Below the pieces are notes generated by a model that searched no databases, had not been told where the DNA came from, and worked only from the letters and a program-made list of their open reading frames with translations. The position numbers and the translations under genes are program-made. From Candidatus Krumholzibacteriota bacterium (lineage in GTDB: Bacteria > Krumholzibacteriota > Krumholzibacteriia > JAJRXK01), in the NCBI GenBank assembly GCA_963727455.1, contig CAVSGG010000018.1:1-52972 (forward strand): 52,972 bases of DNA. The letters run 5' to 3'. Position 1 is the first letter of the stretch, and each line of letters opens with the position of its first letter. Positions 47,364-52,972 of this stretch are shown here, piece after piece.

Positions 47364-48188
47364 GTGGGATCCATCGTCGTTGCCATCCCTTTCTGGGGAA
47401 TGGTCCCGGTCTACGGACTGGCGTTCCTCTTGTACGCGTGGGCCTTCGCCAAGAACGACCCCGCAATCTACCGCGGGGGCCGCATCGTGCTGGCCTTGGC
47501 CGCCTTCGCCCACCTTTTCACCCTCTTGAATTTCGGACGAGTGCGCGGAGAGTGGCCTCCCGTCAGCGGCGGCGAGAGTCTCGTGATCCTCGCCAATTCG
47601 ATTTCCTTCATCTACCTGTACCTCGAATTTCGTTCGAGTGCACACGGTTTGGGGATCTTCGCCACCTTCATCGTTCTCTGTTTCCAGATCGTCGGCAGTA
47701 TCATCGGTCCCGCACTTTCGGTGCCGGAGATCCTGCGCGGGGTGGGCTTCGGACCGCACGTGGCCTTCAACATCACTGCCTTCGCGTCTTTCACCATCGC
47801 CGCCGCGACCGCCCTCACCTACGTGCTGCAATACCGGCAGCTGCGTAGTCTGCGCCCCGGTCCCTTGCTTTCTCGACTGCCTTCTCTCGAACAGCTCGAC
47901 CACATGAGCCATCGGTCCACCCTCATGGGATGGGTCTTCTTGAGCATGGGTTTGGTGCTCGGGGCCAAGCTGGCCGAACAGGTTTGGGGAAAGGCGTGGC
48001 AGTGGGACCCCAAGCAGTGCACCACGCTCCTGACCTGGATGATCTTCGGCTTCGCCCTCTTTCTGCGTCGTTTCCGGGCCTGGCAGGGGGGGAAGATGGC
48101 TGCGGTGACCATCATCGGCTTTCTGTCCATCATCCTCGCGTTCGTGTTGTTCAACGGGCTGCTGCCCTCTGCCCATCACTTCACGTAG
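47364..48188 (+). CDS. ccsA: CcsA/HemX-like cytochrome c assembly / heme-handling membrane protein
   Basis: Multiple TM helices, LPSLEQLD, WWD motif WGKAWQWDPK, terminal HHF. Upstream of hemA. Confidence 0.82.
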   Translation: MGSIVVAIPFWGMVPVYGLAFLLYAWAFAKNDPAIYRGGRIVLALAAFAHLFTLLNFGRVRGEWPPVSGGESLVILANSISFIYLYLEFRSSAHGLGIFATFIVLCFQIVGSIIGPALSVPEILRGVGFGPHVAFNITAFASFTIAAATALTYVLQYRQLRSLRPGPLLSRLPSLEQLDHMSHRSTLMGWVFLSMGLVLGAKLAEQVWGKAWQWDPKQCTTLLTWMIFGFALFLRRFRAWQGGKMAAVTIIGFLSIILAFVLFNGLLPSAHHFT

Positions 48189-48196
48189 GAGGCGCC

Positions 48197-49465
48197 TTGC
48201 CGATCCTCCTCCTGGGACAGAACCATCGCACCGCTCCCGTCGAGCTGCGCGAACGGCTCGCCTTCGACGACGCGAAGACGAACGTGCTGGCGAAGTGTCT
48301 CAAGGAGGACCCGGAGATCAGCGAGGCGGTCGTGGTCTCCACTTGCAATCGGATGGAGATCTACGCGGTGGGGGAGGAATCCGAACGGGGGCTGGCAAGG
48401 CTGGGAGAACTCCTGGAGCAGGTGCACGGAATTCCGCTGGAGAAGATCGCAGGCTCGCTCTATCGCGAGACGGATGACGAGGCCCTGCGGCATCTCTTTC
48501 GGGTGGCCAGCGGGCTGGACAGCATGGTTCTGGGCGAGGGGCAGATCCTCTCCCAGGTGAAGGCGGGCTACGCGAACTCGCGCGATCTGGGGCTGACGCG
48601 AGAGATTCTGCATCGCACCTTCAACCAGGCCACGGCGTGTGGAAAAAAGGTGCGCACGGACACAAGGATCGGCGAGGGCGCGGTCTCAGTAGCCTTCGCT
48701 GCGGTCGAGCTGGCGAGGAAGATCTTCCAGGACCTCAGCAAGGAAAAGGTCCTGCTCATCGGGGCGGGAGCCACCGGCCGCAAAGTGGCCCATCACATGA
48801 AGGTCTTCGGGGTGGAGGACGTACTGGTCACCAACCGCACTCTGGAAAGGGGGCGGGCTCTTGCGGACGATCTGGGTGCAACGCTGGTTCCGTGGGAGAA
48901 CTTTGGCGCCTATCTCAACGAGGTTGCCATCGTGGTCACCGCAGCATCGGTGCAGCGACCGCTGTTTACCATGGAGACGGTGCAACGGGCCCTGGAAGGT
49001 CGTGGACGGCGTCCTTTGTTTCTCATCGATCTGGGAGTTCCGCGCAACATCGATCCCACGATCAGCAAGAAGGCCGGCATCTTCCTCTACAACGTAGACC
49101 ACCTCGAAGGAATCGTGGCGGAATCGTCAGCCAAGCGGCGCGGAGAAGCGGAAAAGGCCGAGGAGATCATTGACGAGCAACTCTGTCAGCTCTTGGAGTG
49201 GCTGGCTTCACGCTCGATGACGCCCACGCTGAAGCAGCTGCGGCAGCGTCTGGAGGAAATCCGCTCCAGCGAGGTGGCTTTGGCGAGCAATCGACTCGAT
49301 GAAAAATCGCTGGCGGAGCTGGAGCGTGTGAGCCACCGCATCGTGAACAAGATTCTGCACACCCCGACCGTTCGCATGAAGGACCAGGCGGCCAAGGGGG
49401 AGGGGGCGTCGATCATTCAGCACGTCCGTCACCTCTTTGGCCTGGACGACAAGTCGCTGCGCTGA
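48197..49465 (+). CDS. hemA: Glutamyl-tRNA reductase
   Basis: NHRTAPVELRE, STCNRME, SGLDSMVLGEGQILSQVK, IGAG, DLGVPRNI. AGGAGG RBS before TTG 48197. Confidence 0.96.
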   Translation: MPILLLGQNHRTAPVELRERLAFDDAKTNVLAKCLKEDPEISEAVVVSTCNRMEIYAVGEESERGLARLGELLEQVHGIPLEKIAGSLYRETDDEALRHLFRVASGLDSMVLGEGQILSQVKAGYANSRDLGLTREILHRTFNQATACGKKVRTDTRIGEGAVSVAFAAVELARKIFQDLSKEKVLLIGAGATGRKVAHHMKVFGVEDVLVTNRTLERGRALADDLGATLVPWENFGAYLNEVAIVVTAASVQRPLFTMETVQRALEGRGRRPLFLIDLGVPRNIDPTISKKAGIFLYNVDHLEGIVAESSAKRRGEAEKAEEIIDEQLCQLLEWLASRSMTPTLKQLRQRLEEIRSSEVALASNRLDEKSLAELERVSHRIVNKILHTPTVRMKDQAAKGEGASIIQHVRHLFGLDDKSLR

Positions 49466-49504
49466 ACGCGGCGCTCGGGGCACCTACTGGCGGGGATTTG
49501 GTCC

Positions 49505-50293
49505 ATGAGCGAGAGACTTTCCGGACTACGTTTGTGGGTAACCCGTCCCGAGCCTGCCGCCACCCGTACCGCCCGGCGCTTTCTGCGAGAAGGCGCCAGC
49601 TGCCGCCTGGAGGCGACAGTCAGCCTGGAGCCGGTGCGCTTGGGCCACGCAGAATGCCTACGACTGCGCGAATTCCTTCCTGGAGCCAGGCTGCTCTTGA
49701 GCTCGGCAAACGCCGCGCGCTACCTCCTCGACGCCGTCGATGCCGAGGAACCGCTGAAGGAACAGCTGCTGCGTATGCCTGTCTCGGCGGTGGGAGAGAG
49801 AACGGCGCGTGCCGCGCACTCTCTGGGCTATCAGGTAGAGCACGTGGCTTCGGTCTCACTTGGTCTCCAGCTGGCGCGAGAACTCGTGGAGAAGGACGCG
49901 AGCTCGCGCGTGCTCCTGCCGGGAAGCGATCGACGCCGCCCGGAGGCGGAGGCGCTTTTACTGGACCAGGGTGTCGAAGTGTTCCCGCTGTGCGTCTACC
50001 ACACCCTGACCGCCGACTCCCTGTCTCCCGCGCTCGTCGAGGAGCTGAGGGACGGCCAGCTGGACGCCAGCCTGGTCTATTCCCCCTCGGCCGTTTCGGG
50101 GATGCGGGCCGGAGCGTTGGCGGCTGGACTGAAGCCGCGACAACTTCCCCCATGCCTCGCCCTGGGCAGCACTACCGCCTCTCAAGTGGTCAAGGAGGGT
50201 CTAGCTTTGGCTGCGGCTCCACTCGCGCCGGGTGAAGATGCCCTGGTGGAAGCCAGCGTGAAATGGTGGGCGGGCAAGCGAGCTGGCTCGTGA
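49505..50293 (+). CDS. hemD: Uroporphyrinogen-III synthase
   Basis: WVTRP, SSANA, AVGERTA, VYHT, YSPSAV, LGSTTA. Confidence 0.88.
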   Translation: MSERLSGLRLWVTRPEPAATRTARRFLREGASCRLEATVSLEPVRLGHAECLRLREFLPGARLLLSSANAARYLLDAVDAEEPLKEQLLRMPVSAVGERTARAAHSLGYQVEHVASVSLGLQLARELVEKDASSRVLLPGSDRRRPEAEALLLDQGVEVFPLCVYHTLTADSLSPALVEELRDGQLDASLVYSPSAVSGMRAGALAAGLKPRQLPPCLALGSTTASQVVKEGLALAAAPLAPGEDALVEASVKWWAGKRAGS

Positions 50294-51936
50294 GGAACTC
50301 TCGCATCAGGAGGGTTCCCGCCTGGCCGCTCCTGGTGGCGGCGGCGCTGGTTGGCCTGGGTCTGTTTCTGCTCAGGTTCTCTTTCGGCGCGACCCCTCTC
50401 GCCCTGCCCCTGGACGACGCCTACATCCACAGTGCGTTCGCCTCGCATCTGGCTCGTGATCACACCTGGGGACTCTTTGCGGCGCAGCACAGCAGTGGCG
50501 AGAGTTCGCTGCTGTGGCCCTGGTTGCTGGCACCGGCGGAGCTGGGAGGGTTGCATTGGGCGCCACAGTGGGCCCTCATGCTGGGCGCGCTCGCCTTCCT
50601 TCCGTTGCCCTTTTTGTGCGCGAGCCTGGCGAGCACGCGTACGCGTGCGCTCTTGCTCGGTCTGGGCTTCGCCTTTTGCGGACCACTTCTTTCGCTGGCG
50701 CTCTCGGGGATGGAATCGCTTCCCGCCTTGAGCTTGGGGCTGGCCTCCCTTCTTCGCTACCGGCGCGGCGATCTTCGCGGAGCGGGACTCTTCGCGGCGG
50801 GCGCGGTGTTTTTGCGGCCCGACGCACTCTTCTTGCTGGGGGCTCTGGCCTTGGTTTCGCTTTGCTCAGAAGGAGTAAGGCCCGCGGCGAATTCTCCCAT
50901 CCCTGCTCCACGAAGAACTCAGCGTCTCCGGAGCCTCCTGCCCGGTGCGCTGCTCGCTATGAGCGCGCTGCTGCTACTCTTTGCCCTCCAGGGCTTTCAA
51001 GCGCCGACCACTCTCGAGGGGCGCCGATGGCTGATGGGCTTGCCTGTCGAGCTGAGTTGGCACACGCTCGGCGCGTCCGCGCCGCGTCTGCTCCAGGAAT
51101 GGCTGCACGCTCTGGGAGCGGACTTCGGTTTGGGGCGCGTGGTGTTCACGCACCCCGGCTCCTATCTCACCCTTCTCCACCAGCTCTGGAAATTCGTCTT
51201 TCCGCTCACTCTCCTGGCTGGATTCCTCGCTTGGTCTCGCCGGTGGAGAGAGGAGAGAAGCGGCCCGCTGACGGTGCTCTTGGTCTGGACTCTGTCATCG
51301 CTCCTCTTCTACGCGCTCCTGCTTCCCACTCGCGGGCATCTCGGTCGCTACCAACCCCAGCTCTATCCGCTGCTGTTCTTCTTTGCAATCGAGGGGGTCG
51401 TCTTCCTGCGGCGGCTGCCCCGCGGAGGCAGGTGGATCGCAGGCGCGGCGAGCGTGCTCCTGGTGGCCGGACTTCTCGCGAGCACCGTGGAACAGAGCGG
51501 ACTATGGTGCGCCGCGGTACGCCATCTGGAGAGGGTGCATCTGCGCGCTGCCTCGTCCCTAGCTACCATTTTGCCGCGCGATGCTCACCTGGCCGTCTTC
51601 GACGTGGGCGCGGTCGCCTACGAAGACCGGGGACCGATGATCGATCTGAGCGGCCTTTCCGATCCTGAGATCGCCCGCGCTCTCTCCTCTGCGTCCGATG
51701 GATCCGTGCGGCGAATTCTCCAGAGGCGGGGGGCGACGCACCTCCTCTTGCCCGTGCTGCGGGACGGGGCAAGCGATGGTCTGGATTGGCGTTTGGGTTT
51801 GCGTTCCCCTGGAAAACTTCGACTCGAGGAGATTCGGCGCTGGGAGAGCCCACTGGCCGCCTGGGGACCCGCCTTTGCTTACACCGGGAATGCCTTCCGT
51901 CAGCTCGTTCTCTACCGGCTCCGCTGGGTGGATTGA
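50290..51936 (+). CDS. Polytopic membrane protein, GT-C glycosyltransferase-like
   Basis: PLDDAYIH after TM1, SGESSLLW, LSGMES, RPD, DVGAVAY...IDLSGL. Confidence 0.7.
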   Translation: MRNSRIRRVPAWPLLVAAALVGLGLFLLRFSFGATPLALPLDDAYIHSAFASHLARDHTWGLFAAQHSSGESSLLWPWLLAPAELGGLHWAPQWALMLGALAFLPLPFLCASLASTRTRALLLGLGFAFCGPLLSLALSGMESLPALSLGLASLLRYRRGDLRGAGLFAAGAVFLRPDALFLLGALALVSLCSEGVRPAANSPIPAPRRTQRLRSLLPGALLAMSALLLLFALQGFQAPTTLEGRRWLMGLPVELSWHTLGASAPRLLQEWLHALGADFGLGRVVFTHPGSYLTLLHQLWKFVFPLTLLAGFLAWSRRWREERSGPLTVLLVWTLSSLLFYALLLPTRGHLGRYQPQLYPLLFFFAIEGVVFLRRLPRGGRWIAGAASVLLVAGLLASTVEQSGLWCAAVRHLERVHLRAASSLATILPRDAHLAVFDVGAVAYEDRGPMIDLSGLSDPEIARALSSASDGSVRRILQRRGATHLLLPVLRDGASDGLDWRLGLRSPGKLRLEEIRRWESPLAAWGPAFAYTGNAFRQLVLYRLRWVD

Positions 51937-51992
51937 GGCGCGGGGCGCCGGCCGGTTGGACAGTGGAGGCATGCTCCGTATACTTTTGCGCC

Positions 51993-52631
51993 ATGCAAAT
52001 CAGCGAGATCTTCTACAGCATTCAGGGCGAGGGAAGCCGTCGTGGCCTCCCCTGTGCCTTCGTGCGCCTGGTTGGTTGCCCACTGCGTTGCCGCTGGTGC
52101 GACACGAGCTACGCCTTCAGCGGGGGGCAGGGGATGTCGGTGGAGGAGATCCTCGGGCAGGTGAATTCCTACTCCACCCGAATGGTCTGCGTGACCGGTG
52201 GGGAGCCGCTAGCCCAGCCCGAAGCGCATGAGCTCATGCGGCGCTTGGCAGACGCCGGCTACACCGTGCTTTTGGAGACGAGCGGGGCCTTGGATCTGAG
52301 CGAGGTCGATCCGCGCGTCGTTCGCATCGTCGATCTAAAGGCGCCGGGCAGTGGGGAAGAGGGGAGGAATCTCTGGTCGAACCTGGATCTGCTTCGCAAG
52401 AGCGATGAGATCAAAATCGTTCTTCTCGATCGCGGCGATTATGAGTGGGCCAGAGAAATTTTGCAGCGGCACCAACTTGCCTCGAGAGTGCGTACGCTTC
52501 TCTTCAGTCCGGTCCACGGAGTGCTGGATCCCGCGCTCCTCGCGGCTTGGATTCTCGAGGATAATCTGCCGGTGACCCTGCAGTTGCAGCTGCACAAGCT
52601 CCTGTGGCCGCAAGTGACCCGGGGGGTGTGA
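51993..52631 (+). CDS. queE: 7-carboxy-7-deazaguanine synthase (radical SAM)
   Basis: EIFYSIQGEG, CPLRCRWCDT, TGGEPL, ETSG, QLHK. Confidence 0.95.
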   Translation: MQISEIFYSIQGEGSRRGLPCAFVRLVGCPLRCRWCDTSYAFSGGQGMSVEEILGQVNSYSTRMVCVTGGEPLAQPEAHELMRRLADAGYTVLLETSGALDLSEVDPRVVRIVDLKAPGSGEEGRNLWSNLDLLRKSDEIKIVLLDRGDYEWAREILQRHQLASRVRTLLFSPVHGVLDPALLAAWILEDNLPVTLQLQLHKLLWPQVTRGV

Positions 52632-52972
52632 AGATGTCCATTGCCGTGGTGTGCTTGAGTGGCGGGCTGGATTCGTGCGTGACACTCGCGACCGCGCTGA
52701 AGCAGCACGACGAAATCGCGGCCCTGCACTTCAGTTACGGTCAGCGCACGGAGAAGCGCGAACGCAGGGCATTCGAAGAAATCTGCGATCACTACCGCAT
52801 TGCACGTCGGCTGCGCGCGAAGCAACCAGCTCTACGAGAGATCGGAGGCTCCGCTCTGACCGATAAGGAGCTACAGATTCCCCGCCAAGCGAGTTCCACG
52901 GATGCAGGTTCTGAATCCCCAGAGGTTCCCATCACCTACGTACCGTTTCGGAACGGTCAGATCCTGGCGCTG
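52628..52972 (+). CDS. queC: 7-cyano-7-deazaguanine synthase (runs off the window end)
   Basis: AVVCLSGGLDS, FSYGQR, IGGSALTD, TYVPFRN. Start is GTG 52628 or ATG 52634. Confidence 0.95.
   Translation, partial: MKMSIAVVCLSGGLDSCVTLATALKQHDEIAALHFSYGQRTEKRERRAFEEICDHYRIARRLRAKQPALREIGGSALTDKELQIPRQASSTDAGSESPEVPITYVPFRNGQILAL

Noticed and set aside
51993-52972. queE-queC as a 7-deazaguanine DNA modification (dpd) defence island
   Set aside because: No dpdA or other defence genes in the window; consistent with ordinary queuosine synthesis, although the downstream context is cut off.

Overview
A gene-dense, GC-rich bacterial chromosome segment. The taxonomy is my inference from gene content: it resembles uncultured FCB-group lineages such as Krumholzibacteriota, Eisenbacteria or Latescibacterota. 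Most of the window is housekeeping. It holds two membrane Ser/Thr kinases, hflKC, tmRNA, and the run yggS-yggT-divIVA-PNP-ileS-dksA/traR-lspA-rluD-STAS-RsbW-ruvX-mltG. It also holds tRNA-Val, tRNA-Asp, a peptidoglycan-recycling operon (murQ-SBP-anmK-spoIID-nagZ), xdhC/mocA, rpmB, ccsA-hemA-hemD and queE-queC. The main candidate for a new system is 25.5-33.4 kb. It encodes one secreted dockerin-bearing protein and three secreted, possibly cohesin-like proteins. The three end in the same ungapped 15-residue tail, [TIV]-[PG]-[AS]-x3-S-[WF]-G-[SA]-[LV]-K-[AS]-x-[YF], and a fourth carrier of the tail lies at 1.4 kb. The cluster is followed directly by a PorU-like C25 (gingipain-family) peptidase with an apparently intact His/Cys dyad. 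This suggests a short-C-terminal-signal sorting and surface-assembly system. Three elements are missing from the ORF track: a 40-aa RiPP-precursor-like gene with its own promoter and terminator (11582-11704, -), a 58-aa membrane protein overlapping tRNA-Val, and a ~200-nt rod-like candidate ncRNA (45772-45970, -). I saw no CRISPR array, integrase or transposase. All calls come from reading motifs by eye; no searches were run.
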